Positions 13,107 through 21,146 of a DNA stretch of 23,783 nucleotides are shown here, piece by piece. The stretch spans positions 1 to 23,783 of the forward strand of contig NZ_JAGOID010000048.1 of assembly GCF_017995835.1 (NCBI RefSeq), in the 5' to 3' direction. A model generated the notes under the pieces. The model was not told the origin of the DNA. It searched no databases and was given only the letters and a program-made list of their open reading frames with translations. A program made the position numbers and the translations under genes. Position 1 is the first letter of the stretch. The number at the start of each line of letters is the position of its first letter. Source of the DNA: Amaricoccus sp. Its GTDB lineage: Bacteria; Pseudomonadota; Alphaproteobacteria; Rhodobacterales; Rhodobacteraceae.

Positions 13107-15479
13107 TCATTCGATGGTAAAGGCCATTCGCCCCACCGCGGATTTCTCGACGTCGTCGCGGTAGAAGGCCTGCGGGCGGCAGCCGAAGTCGGCGTAGAGC
13201 TGCAACTGGTCCTGATAGTGCGGCGACTTCGTGCCGTCGGGGGCGATGAAGCCGCTCTGGCCCGGGGGCGTGACGGCGCAGAAAGTCACCTTGCCGTCGC
13301 GGAAGCGGACCATGTTGTTCTCGGTGCCGCGGTTCATGGCGGTGCCGACGGCGAGCCCTTCGTCCGCGGTGGTCTGCGGGATGCCGAGGTAGTTCTTCGT
13401 GTCGAAGACGTGCTGGTCGATCGGTGCGAGCCAGGCCGTGACGTTGTCGCTGCCGTACTGTTCGGACAGGGCCACGCGGGCCTTATCGAGCGCCGTCAGG
13501 ACCACCGTGTCGGGATCTTCGCCATTGAAGAAGTCGTAGGCCTGCGGGACGCCTGCGTCCTTGCCGAGAAGCGCGTTGTTCAGGAGAGCCGAGGGCAGCG
13601 CGATCCGGATTTGCATGACCTTCGACGGGATCGACGGCGCATCGTCGAGGAGCACGTCGGCGACCATGACGTCCATCCAGGTGCGCAGGATCGCGACCGC
13701 CGGTGAGGTCGCCTTGCCGTCGGCGTCGCGGATCTGGCGGCTGTCCCAGTCGGCGAGCGCCGCGAGCATGGGCTGGCGCGGGTCATCCGCCGGTAGGCCC
13801 GCGCTCGCGGCGAGGATGCGCGGCACGAAATAGCGTGCGTTGACGTCGACGAAACTCGTCTCGGGCAGGATGTTCCAGACCTCCTCGGGGGAGAAGCGGT
13901 CCTTGGCTTCGATGCGCGACATGATCTCCACGACGCGGTCGGCCGAGCCCCATGGGCTGCCCTCGACGGTGGAGACGGTGCCCTTGCCTGAGCGGTTGTT
14001 CCAGTTGGCGATCCAGCCCTGCTCAGGGTTCAGTGTCTTGGGGACGTCGTCGAAGGGGCGGATTCCCTGCCAGTCCATGCTGCCGTCGCCCTTGGCCGGC
14101 AGGCGAAGATCTTGGCTGGCCTGCCGCACCGGCAGGTAGCCGGGCGAGACGTAGCCGATGTTGCCGTCCTTGTCGGCGTAGTACCAGTTGATCGTGGTCG
14201 CGACGTCCTTCGCCGCGTCGAGCCACTGGTCGTAGTCCTGTGCCTGCGTCGAGCGGATCCAGGCCATGAGCGTGGAAATCTCGTAGCCCTCCCAGGTGCG
14301 GTGGAAGGCGAAGGCGCGATCATGCTCGGCGTCGAAGACAGGGACCACGCCATAGTCGGTCCCCCAGATCTCGGCGGTCACATCCTCGGCGCCCTTGACC
14401 TTGATCGTCTCCTCGCGGCGGCGCATGTCGGTCCAGCCGTCGCCGCGGCGATACTGGTGTGGATTCTGCGGGTTGAGCTCGAGCGCGACGTAGTCGTTGA
14501 CGTCGAGAGGGCCGGCGGTGGCGCCCCAGGCGATCGCGCCGTTGGTTCCGAACAGGACGTTTGGCACGGCGAAGGGGGTGTTGCCGGTGAGGTCGAACCC
14601 GGCGCCGTGCAGGCCGATCGAGAACACGTAAGCCGGGTTGAAGTTACCGAACTGCGGGCCGTTGACGAGGATGGTGCTGCCGTCGACGGTCTTTTCCGGC
14701 CCGAGGATCCAGATGTTGCTGGCACGCGGGCGGTCGTCCTCGCCGCTCTCCATGCCGGGGACGTCGGCGAGGCCGGCGAAGCGGGTGGCGCCGAGCGGCG
14801 CGGCCTCGGCCTTCTTCTGGTATGGCGCGCCGGCGGGAACGGTGGTGGGGGCGAGCGGGTCCTCGATCCAGTAGATCTGGTCGAAGAGCTGCTTGCCGAC
14901 GGTCTCGCCGTGCTGCTCGACAAGGGCGTCGAGCACTTTGGCGTTGTTGAGTTCGTTGGAGAAGTAGGAGAAGCGGCCGGCCATCGTGCCGACGTAGATC
15001 ATCGCGACGTCGAAGTCGGACCAGTCCGCGGGCTCGAAGCCAAAGTCGGTGAACTCCTTCGGCAAGAGGTTTGCCTTGTCCGCCATCACCTCGGAGAGGC
15101 GCTTATTGAAGCCGGCCGCGTAGCCTTGGAGGATTGCGCGCTGCTCGGGGGGCAACGCGTCGATCTGGGTGCGGATCTTCGCCTGGTCGAAATTGGTGCG
15201 GGTCTGGGTGTCGTAGGCGACCTGGTCGGGGCCGAGCACCTCGGCGGTGGTGCCGAGGACCGAGCGGCGGGCCATCTCCATCTGGAAGAGGCGGTCCTCG
15301 GCGACTGCGTAGCCGAAGCCGGCGTAGAGGCCGTAGACATCGTTGGCATAGACCTGCGGGATGCCCCACTCGTCGCGCAGGATCGTCACGTCGGAGGCGG
15401 CACTGGCGGCGATGGGGGAGAGGGCGAGCAGGGCAGGCAGGAGCAGCCGGCCGAGGGACCGGGTCATCGTGGCGGGCAT
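13107..15479 (-). CDS. pac: Penicillin G acylase (penicillin amidase, Ntn-hydrolase, peptidase S45) precursor
   Basis: Colinear with E. coli PGA. Shared segments include ILRDEWGIPQVYAND, GYAVAEDRLFQMEMARRS, FDVAMIYVGTMAGRF and the beta-subunit N-terminal nucleophile SNIWILG (Ser254, codon 14718-14720). Further shared segments are VNGPQFGNFNPAY, GLHGAGFDLTGNTPFA, TINWYYADKDGNIGY, WIANWNN, RGTENNM, PPGQSGFIAPDG and HYQDQL. The N-terminal signal peptide is MPATMTRSLGRLLLPALLALSPIAASA. RBS AGGAGGAG precedes the ATG at 15479. Confidence 0.95.
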   Translation of the reverse strand: MPATMTRSLGRLLLPALLALSPIAASAASDVTILRDEWGIPQVYANDVYGLYAGFGYAVAEDRLFQMEMARRSVLGTTAEVLGPDQVAYDTQTRTNFDQAKIRTQIDALPPEQRAILQGYAAGFNKRLSEVMADKANLLPKEFTDFGFEPADWSDFDVAMIYVGTMAGRFSYFSNELNNAKVLDALVEQHGETVGKQLFDQIYWIEDPLAPTTVPAGAPYQKKAEAAPLGATRFAGLADVPGMESGEDDRPRASNIWILGPEKTVDGSTILVNGPQFGNFNPAYVFSIGLHGAGFDLTGNTPFAVPNVLFGTNGAIAWGATAGPLDVNDYVALELNPQNPHQYRRGDGWTDMRRREETIKVKGAEDVTAEIWGTDYGVVPVFDAEHDRAFAFHRTWEGYEISTLMAWIRSTQAQDYDQWLDAAKDVATTINWYYADKDGNIGYVSPGYLPVRQASQDLRLPAKGDGSMDWQGIRPFDDVPKTLNPEQGWIANWNNRSGKGTVSTVEGSPWGSADRVVEIMSRIEAKDRFSPEEVWNILPETSFVDVNARYFVPRILAASAGLPADDPRQPMLAALADWDSRQIRDADGKATSPAVAILRTWMDVMVADVLLDDAPSIPSKVMQIRIALPSALLNNALLGKDAGVPQAYDFFNGEDPDTVVLTALDKARVALSEQYGSDNVTAWLAPIDQHVFDTKNYLGIPQTTADEGLAVGTAMNRGTENNMVRFRDGKVTFCAVTPPGQSGFIAPDGTKSPHYQDQLQLYADFGCRPQAFYRDDVEKSAVGRMAFTIE

Positions 15480-15512
15480 GGGGTCTCCTCCTAGTTGTTG
15501 GTGGCGCCGGCC

Positions 15513-17582
15513 TCAGGCCGCGGGCGACCAAGTCTTCGCCACCATGGTCAGCACGTCGTACTGGGCGACGAGCGCGCCGTCCTGCTTGGTCACCTGGCAG
15601 CCCCAGCGGACCTCGCCGTGCTCGGCACCGGCGCGCGGGTTGATCTCCTTGCAGGTCAGGCGCACGCCGAGGGTGTCGCCCGGGTAGACTGGCGTGAGGA
15701 AGCGGAGGTTGTCGACGCCGTAGTTGGCGAGGACCGGGCCCGGATCCGGATCGACGAAGAGGCCGGCGGCGAAGGAGACGATGAGGTAGCCGTGGGCGAC
15801 GCGGCCGTCGAAGAACGGGTTCGCCTTGGCCGCCGCCTCGTCCATGTGGGCGTAGAAGGTGTCGCCGGTGAACTCCGCAAAATGCTCGATGTCCTCCAGC
15901 GTCACCGTGCGGGTGGCGGTGACGAGCTGGTCGCCGACCCTCAGCTCCGCCAGCGACTTGCGGAACGGGTGGGTGCCGTCCGCCCGGGTGTCGGCGCCCT
16001 CGATCCAGCGGCCGGTGACCGCCGAGAGCAGGCGGGGGGCACCCTGGACCGCGGTGCGCTGCATATAGTGATTGACGCCGCGGATGCCGCCCAGCTCCTC
16101 GCCGCCGCCGGCGCGGCCGGGGCCGCCGTGGACGAGCACCGGCAGCGGCGAGCCATGGCCGGTGGAGGTCTTGGCGCTCAGGCGGTTGCCGATCAGCACC
16201 CGGCCGTGGAAGGGGGCGAGGCCGAGGACGACCTCCTCCGCGACGCCCTTGTCGTCGGTGAACACCGAGGCGACGAGCGAGCCCTTGCCGAGCCTGGCGA
16301 GCGCGATGGCCTCGCCGACATCGTCGTAGGGCATCACCGTCGAGACCGGGCCGAAGGCCTCGACGTCATGGATGGCGGTCTTGGCCAGCGGGTTGTCGGC
16401 GTAGAGGACGACCGGGTTGAGGAAGGCGCCCTTCTCGGCGTCGCCCGAAGCGATCCGCACCTCGTCGGGGTTGCCGGCGACGATCTCGGCCTCGGCGCGC
16501 AGCTCGCGGATGCGGTCGCGGACCTCGCGGCGCTGGTCGAGGCTGGCGAGCGCGCCCATGCGCGTCGCCTCGTTCGACGGATCGCCGAGAACGGTCTTGG
16601 CGAGGCGGTCGCCGAGCGCGGCGACGAGCGCGTCGGTGAAGGCCCGCGGCGCGATCACCCGGCGGATGGCGGTGCACTTCTGCCCCGCCTTCACCGTCAT
16701 CTCGCGGGCGACCTCCTTGACGAAAAGGTCGAACTCCGGCGTGCCCGGGCCGGCGTCGGGCCCGAGGATCGCGGCGTTGAGGCTGTCGGCCTCCATGGTG
16801 AAGCGGGTGGAGTTCTCGACGATCGCCGCGCCGCTGCGCAGCTTGCGCCCCGTCCAGGCCGAGCCGGTGAAGGTGACGACGTCCTGCCCCGTCACATGGT
16901 CGAGCAGGTCGCCGGTCGAGCCGGCGATGAGCTGGATCGCCCCTTCGGGCAGGATGCCCGACTCGACGATGCGGCGGACCACGAGCTCGGTCAGGTAGGC
17001 GGTCTGGCTCGCCGGCTTCACGATCGAGGGCACGCCGGCGATGAAGGTCGGCGCCACCTTCTCCAGCATCCCCCACACCGGGAAGTTGAATGCGTTGATG
17101 TGGATCGCGACGCCGGTCAGCGGCGTCAGGACGTGCTGGGCCGAGAAGCTCGCGTCCTTCGACAGCAGCTCCACCTCGCCGTCGGTGAGGACGCGGGTGT
17201 TCGGCAGCTCGCGGCGCGCCTTCGAGGCGTAGGAGAGCACGGTGCCGGCGCCGCCCTCGATGTCGATCCAACCGTCGGCGCGGGTGGCGCCGGTGGCGAA
17301 GTTCTCGGCGTAGAACTCCTCCTTGTTGGCCATCAGGAACTGGCCAAGCGCCTTCAGCATTGCGGCGCGGTCGTGGAAGGAGAGCGCGCGCAGCTTCGGC
17401 CCGACCACGTCGCGCCCCCAGGTGAGGGCCCCGGCGAAGTCGACGCCGGAGCTGTCGATGCGGGCGACGGGGGCGCCGGTGGCGGCGTCGAGCAGGGTCT
17501 GGCCCGGGCCGTTGCCCTTGACCCATTCGCCGCCCACGTAGCTTTCGAGGGTACGGGGCTTGGTGGTGACGTCGACGGTCAT
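15513..17582 (-). CDS. paaZ: Bifunctional oxepin-CoA hydrolase / 3-oxo-5,6-dehydrosuberyl-CoA semialdehyde dehydrogenase
   Basis: N-terminal aldehyde dehydrogenase with catalytic Glu (MEADSLNAA) and Cys (GQKCTAIRR). C-terminal MaoC hotdog domain (TGDTFYAHMD...VAHGYL...NLRFLTPVYPGDTL), colinear with E. coli PaaZ. Confidence 0.95.
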   Translation of the reverse strand: MTVDVTTKPRTLESYVGGEWVKGNGPGQTLLDAATGAPVARIDSSGVDFAGALTWGRDVVGPKLRALSFHDRAAMLKALGQFLMANKEEFYAENFATGATRADGWIDIEGGAGTVLSYASKARRELPNTRVLTDGEVELLSKDASFSAQHVLTPLTGVAIHINAFNFPVWGMLEKVAPTFIAGVPSIVKPASQTAYLTELVVRRIVESGILPEGAIQLIAGSTGDLLDHVTGQDVVTFTGSAWTGRKLRSGAAIVENSTRFTMEADSLNAAILGPDAGPGTPEFDLFVKEVAREMTVKAGQKCTAIRRVIAPRAFTDALVAALGDRLAKTVLGDPSNEATRMGALASLDQRREVRDRIRELRAEAEIVAGNPDEVRIASGDAEKGAFLNPVVLYADNPLAKTAIHDVEAFGPVSTVMPYDDVGEAIALARLGKGSLVASVFTDDKGVAEEVVLGLAPFHGRVLIGNRLSAKTSTGHGSPLPVLVHGGPGRAGGGEELGGIRGVNHYMQRTAVQGAPRLLSAVTGRWIEGADTRADGTHPFRKSLAELRVGDQLVTATRTVTLEDIEHFAEFTGDTFYAHMDEAAAKANPFFDGRVAHGYLIVSFAAGLFVDPDPGPVLANYGVDNLRFLTPVYPGDTLGVRLTCKEINPRAGAEHGEVRWGCQVTKQDGALVAQYDVLTMVAKTWSPAA

Positions 17583-17592
17583 GGTCCTGTCC

Positions 17593-18369
17593 TCAGGCGA
17601 GGCCGAGCGGCGCCAGCGTCGCGCGGACCGAAGCGGTCCAGTCGGCGAGCAGCGCCTCGTTCGGGCGGTGGCGGAGGCCGAAGCGCTTCTGCGTCTCGAA
17701 CCGGGCGGAGTTCATCGTGCCGAAGCTGTCGGCGACCTTCGGCTGCCAGTAGGCGATGGCGGCCTTGGCGGCGGCGCGCCCCTCCTCGGTCGCGGTGATG
17801 TCGGTGAGGCCGGTGACGCCGAGGTCGGTGTGGCGTTTCTCGCGCGGGGCGATGGCGCGGAACACGTCGGCGAGCGGGGCGTAGGAAACCCTCGCGAGCT
17901 CCTCCAGCGTCACCGCCGCGGCGAGCCCCTGCAGGACGTTCAGCACCACGGCGTCGACCCAGCCCTCGATCGGATAGTGGAACACCGCGAGGCGCATGTC
18001 GGCGCCATGGCGGGCCTGGCCGAGTGCCGCGTCGCGCGGCAGGCGGTCGGCCCAGGGATGCTGGGTCGCGTAGCGGCCCTCGTCGGCGCCGAAGTCGCCC
18101 ATCAGGTCGAGGACACGGCCGGCGTGGTCGGCCTTCTCCAGCGTGATCCGGCAGGCGGCGATGCGCGCGGTGATGCCCGCCGCGTCGTTGATGGTGTCGG
18201 CGAAGCCGGCCGAGGCGGCGAGCTCGCTGTCGACGAAGCTCGCCATCAGCCGCAAGAGCTCGCCGCGGTAGCGGGCGGGCACGTTGGCCGGGGAGGTAAG
18301 CTGGCCGCCTTGGGCGAGGTAGTCCTCGATCGGCATGGTCGCGGCGGTGGCGTCGGTGTCTTCGGTCAT
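17593..18369 (-). CDS. Additional PaaA/PaaC-family (ferritin-like, phenylacetic acid catabolic) protein, function unknown
   Basis: 258 aa from the ATG at 18369 (RBS GAGGGAGGG). The ORF-track start at 18867 runs in another frame through paaE. The protein has ungapped similarity to this window's PaaA across the ligand helices: YRGELLRLMASFVDSELAA, LEKADHAGRVLDL, FHYPIEGWVDAVVLNVLQG and SYAPLADVFRAIAPREKRH. Confidence 0.75.
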   Translation of the reverse strand: MTEDTDATAATMPIEDYLAQGGQLTSPANVPARYRGELLRLMASFVDSELAASAGFADTINDAAGITARIAACRITLEKADHAGRVLDLMGDFGADEGRYATQHPWADRLPRDAALGQARHGADMRLAVFHYPIEGWVDAVVLNVLQGLAAAVTLEELARVSYAPLADVFRAIAPREKRHTDLGVTGLTDITATEEGRAAAKAAIAYWQPKVADSFGTMNSARFETQKRFGLRHRPNEALLADWTASVRATLAPLGLA

Positions 18370-18380
18370 GGTTCCCTCCC

Positions 18381-19454
18381 TCACTGGTCGTAGCTGACGA
18401 CGACCTTGTCGCTCAGCGGGAAGCACTGGCAGGTGAGCACGTAACCCTGCTTCACCTCGTAGTCCTCGAGCGCGTGGTTGATGGCCATCTCGGTCTCGCC
18501 CTCCAGCACCCTGGCGCGGCAGGTCGAGCACACCCCGGCCTTGCAGGCGTAGGGCGCGTCGATGTTCGCCTCCAGCGCCGCGTCGAGCAGGCTCTGGCCC
18601 GCCTTCGGCATGCGGAAGCTCCGCGTCGCGCCGTCGAGCGTCACCGTCGCCTCGGTGGAGTTGGAGGTCGAGACCTCGGCCGAGACCACCCGCTGCTTGG
18701 TCCGCCCCGGCTGGCCCGAGGCGAAGAGCTCGAACTTGATCTGCGCGTCGGCGAGCCCGTGCTCCTTCAGCGCCCCGGCGATCGCCAGCATCATCGGCTC
18801 GGGGCCGCAGATGAAGGCGGTGTTGACCGTCGGCAGGTCGATCCAGGTGCGGAACAGCGCCGCGCACTTCTCCGCGTCCACCCGCCCGGTGAAGAGCTCG
18901 ATGTCCTGCGCCTCCGTTTCGAGGACGTGGACGATCGACAGCCGTCCGAGGTAGCGGTTCTTCAGGTCCTCGAGGTCCTCGCGGAACATGATCGAGCTGA
19001 TCTGCCGGTTGGCGTAGACGAGGGTGAAGGTCGAGCCCGGCTCGGCGGCGAGCACCGTCTTGATGATCGAGAGCAGCGGCGTGATCCCCGACCCGCCGGC
19101 GAAGCCGAGGTAGTTCTTCGGCGCGTCCGGCTCGATCGGCGTGAAGAACCGCCCCATCGGCGGCATCGCCTCGAGCACCGCCCCCGCCTTCAGCTCCTCG
19201 TTGGCCCAGGTCGAGAAGGCGCCGCCGTCGACGCGCTTGATGCCGACCTGCAGGTGACCCTCGCCCTTGCCGGCGCAGATCGAGTAGCTGCGGCGCAGCT
19301 CGTCGTCCTCGAACTTGCGGCGAAAGGTCAGGTACTGGCCTTGGGTGAAGTCGAAGAGCGCGGCGTCCTCGTCGCGCGGCTTCAGGGTGACGACGACGGC
19401 GTCCCGCGTCTCCTTGCGGACGTCGACGACATCGAGGGAATGGAAGCGTGCCAT
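18381..19454 (-). CDS. paaE: Phenylacetyl-CoA epoxidase reductase subunit (FNR-like with C-terminal plant-type 2Fe-2S)
   Basis: FAD-binding RSYSIC, NAD-binding GFAGGSGITPL, and the C-terminal cluster motif CKAGVCSTC...C. Colinear with E. coli PaaE. Confidence 0.95.
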   Translation of the reverse strand: MARFHSLDVVDVRKETRDAVVVTLKPRDEDAALFDFTQGQYLTFRRKFEDDELRRSYSICAGKGEGHLQVGIKRVDGGAFSTWANEELKAGAVLEAMPPMGRFFTPIEPDAPKNYLGFAGGSGITPLLSIIKTVLAAEPGSTFTLVYANRQISSIMFREDLEDLKNRYLGRLSIVHVLETEAQDIELFTGRVDAEKCAALFRTWIDLPTVNTAFICGPEPMMLAIAGALKEHGLADAQIKFELFASGQPGRTKQRVVSAEVSTSNSTEATVTLDGATRSFRMPKAGQSLLDAALEANIDAPYACKAGVCSTCRARVLEGETEMAINHALEDYEVKQGYVLTCQCFPLSDKVVVSYDQ

Positions 19455-19475
19455 TTCAGTTGTCCTTGCGTCCGC

Positions 19476-19997
19476 TCAGATGCACTTGAAGTAGTCGAAG
19501 GGCTCGAGGCAGTCGTCGCAGCGATAGCTCGCCTTGCACGGCGTCGAGCCGAACTGGCTCACCTTGGTCGTATGGGCCGAGCCGCAGCGCGGACAGGCGA
19601 CGGTCAAGTTGCCGCCCGTCATCCGGTTCACCCGGCCGATCAGCCGCCCGTCGGCGGCGGTGCCGTCGATCGGCGGCGCGATGCCATAGGCCCGGAGCTT
19701 CTCCCGGCCGCCCTCGCTGATCCAGTCGGTGGTCCAGGGCGGCGAGATCTGGCGCTTCAGCTTGAGGTTCGAGACGCCCTTCTCGCGAAGCGCCTTCTCG
19801 ATGTCGAGGTTGATGATCGCCGTCGCCGGGCAGCCGGAATAGGTCGGCGTCACGGTGACGACGAGGGTGTCGCCGTCCCAGGCGACATCGCGGACGATGC
19901 CGAGGTCGGTCAGCGAGATCACCGGAATTTCCGGGTCGGGGACATGGCTCAGCCAGTCCCAGACCTCGGCGGTGCTGGGGTGGGTCGCAGTCGTCAT
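19476..19997 (-). CDS. paaD: Phenylacetyl-CoA epoxidase accessory subunit PaaD
   Basis: 173 aa from the ATG at 19997. VPDPEIPVISLTDLGIVR, TPTYSGCPAT and the C-terminal CPRCGS...FGSTPCKASYRCDDCLEPFDYFKCI match E. coli PaaD. The 403-aa ORF-track version extends in another frame through paaC. Confidence 0.9.
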   Translation of the reverse strand: MTTATHPSTAEVWDWLSHVPDPEIPVISLTDLGIVRDVAWDGDTLVVTVTPTYSGCPATAIINLDIEKALREKGVSNLKLKRQISPPWTTDWISEGGREKLRAYGIAPPIDGTAADGRLIGRVNRMTGGNLTVACPRCGSAHTTKVSQFGSTPCKASYRCDDCLEPFDYFKCI

Positions 19998-20008
19998 CGG
20001 CCTTCGTC

Positions 20009-20860
20009 CTACCAGGAGGCGCCGGGATAGGCGCGCTGCAGGAACTGCATCTCGGCGAGGATATAGCCGAGGTGCTCGGTGTGGACGCCGCGCTTGCCGC
20101 CCTTGTGGGCGAAGCCCGACTCCGGGATTGCCAGGGTCGCCTCGGTCAGCACGTCGCGAACGGTCGCGTCCCAAGCGGCCTCGAGGTCGCGCGGGTTCGG
20201 CGCGATCCCGGCCGCTGCGACCGCGACGTCCTTCTCGTCGGCGAGGAACATCTCGCCGGTATAGGCCCAGAGCGCGTCGAGCGCGTCCTGCATCCGCCGG
20301 CGGCTCTCCCCGGTCCCGTCCCCGAGCCGGATCACCAGGTCCGACGACCGCTCGAGGTGGTAGGCGACCTCCTTCGCGGCCTTTGCCGCGATCTCGGCGA
20401 CGCGCGGATCGGACGACCCTTGGAGCGCCTTCAGCAGCTCGAAGTGCCAGGCGTCGAACAGGAACTGCCGCATCAGCGTGTGGCCGAAGTCGCCGTTCGG
20501 GCGCTCCACCAGCAAGAGGTTGCGGAAGTCCCAGGCGTCGCGCAGGTAGGCGAGATCGTCGGCCGACCGGCCCTTGCCCTCGACCTCGCCGGCGAGGCCG
20601 AGCCACATCTGGGTCTGGCCGATCAGGTCGAGCGCGACGTTGGCAAGCGCGATGTCCTCCTCCAGCGCCGGCGAGTGGCCGCACCATTCGGAGACCCGGT
20701 GGCCGAGGATCAGCGTCGCGTCGCCGAGGCGGAGCAGCACCTCGAAGAAGGCGTCCTGCCCCGCATCCGGGGTCGGGATCTCGGTCGCGTGGCTGTGGGC
20801 CGCCGCTTCGCGCGCGAGCTCCGCCACGTCGGGGGTGTTCATGTCCGGGAGCGAGGGCAT
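20009..20860 (-). CDS. paaC: Phenylacetyl-CoA epoxidase structural subunit PaaC
   Basis: LLRLGDATLILGHRVSEWCGHSPALEEDIALANVALDLIGQ and the C-terminal GKRGVHTEHLGYILAEMQFLQRAYPG match E. coli PaaC. It lacks ExxH ligands, as expected for PaaC. ATG at 20860 lies 1 nt after the paaB stop. The alternative ATG at 20842 is possible. Confidence 0.9.
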   Translation of the reverse strand: MPSLPDMNTPDVAELAREAAAHSHATEIPTPDAGQDAFFEVLLRLGDATLILGHRVSEWCGHSPALEEDIALANVALDLIGQTQMWLGLAGEVEGKGRSADDLAYLRDAWDFRNLLLVERPNGDFGHTLMRQFLFDAWHFELLKALQGSSDPRVAEIAAKAAKEVAYHLERSSDLVIRLGDGTGESRRRMQDALDALWAYTGEMFLADEKDVAVAAAGIAPNPRDLEAAWDATVRDVLTEATLAIPESGFAHKGGKRGVHTEHLGYILAEMQFLQRAYPGASW

Positions 20861-20861
20861 C

Positions 20862-21146
20862 TTACATGTGCCCCACTTCGTCGGGGATGTCGTAGAAGGT
20901 CGGGTGGCGATAGACCTTGGAGTTGGCCGGCTCGAACAGCGGACCCTTGTCCGAGGGGCTCGACGCGGTGATTGCGGCCGAGGGCACCACCCAGATCGAC
21001 ACGCCCTCGTTGCGGCGGGTGTAGACGTCGCGGGCGTTGTTGATCGCCATCTCGGCGTCCGGCGCGTGCAGGCTGCCGACGTGGCGATGGTTCAGCCCGT
21101 GCTGGCCCCGGATGAAAACTTCCCAGAGCGGCCATTCCTTGGACAT
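20862..21146 (-). CDS. paaB: Phenylacetyl-CoA epoxidase subunit PaaB
   Basis: 94 aa from the ATG at 21146 (RBS GGGAGGAAG). WPLWEVFIRGQHGLNHRHVGSLHAPD and SKVYRHPTFYDIPDEVGHM match E. coli PaaB. The ORF-track start at 21236 lies in the AT-rich spacer. Confidence 0.95.
   Translation of the reverse strand: MSKEWPLWEVFIRGQHGLNHRHVGSLHAPDAEMAINNARDVYTRRNEGVSIWVVPSAAITASSPSDKGPLFEPANSKVYRHPTFYDIPDEVGHM

Noticed and set aside
15495-17798. 767-aa ORF on the + strand
   Set aside because: It is antisense to paaZ and to the PaaA/C-like gene. It shows the same Arg/Gly/Ala/Asp-rich artefact composition.
17593-18867. Over-long ORF-track versions of real genes (17593-18867, 19476-20687, 9003-9800, 6784-8655, 20862-21236, 21274-22329, 2936-3775, 12545-13066, 11198-11857)
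   Set aside because: The N-terminal extensions run through the upstream gene in another frame or through promoter DNA. In each case the homology begins at an internal ATG preceded by a good RBS, so I trimmed the starts.
18474-20030. 518-aa ORF on the + strand. The same reasoning applies to 14112-15494, 22362-23522, 1212-2312, 2942-4000, 19855-20895 and 20072-20971.
   Set aside because: All are antisense or off-frame relative to strongly supported paa, pac or liv genes. All have low-complexity translations and no start context.
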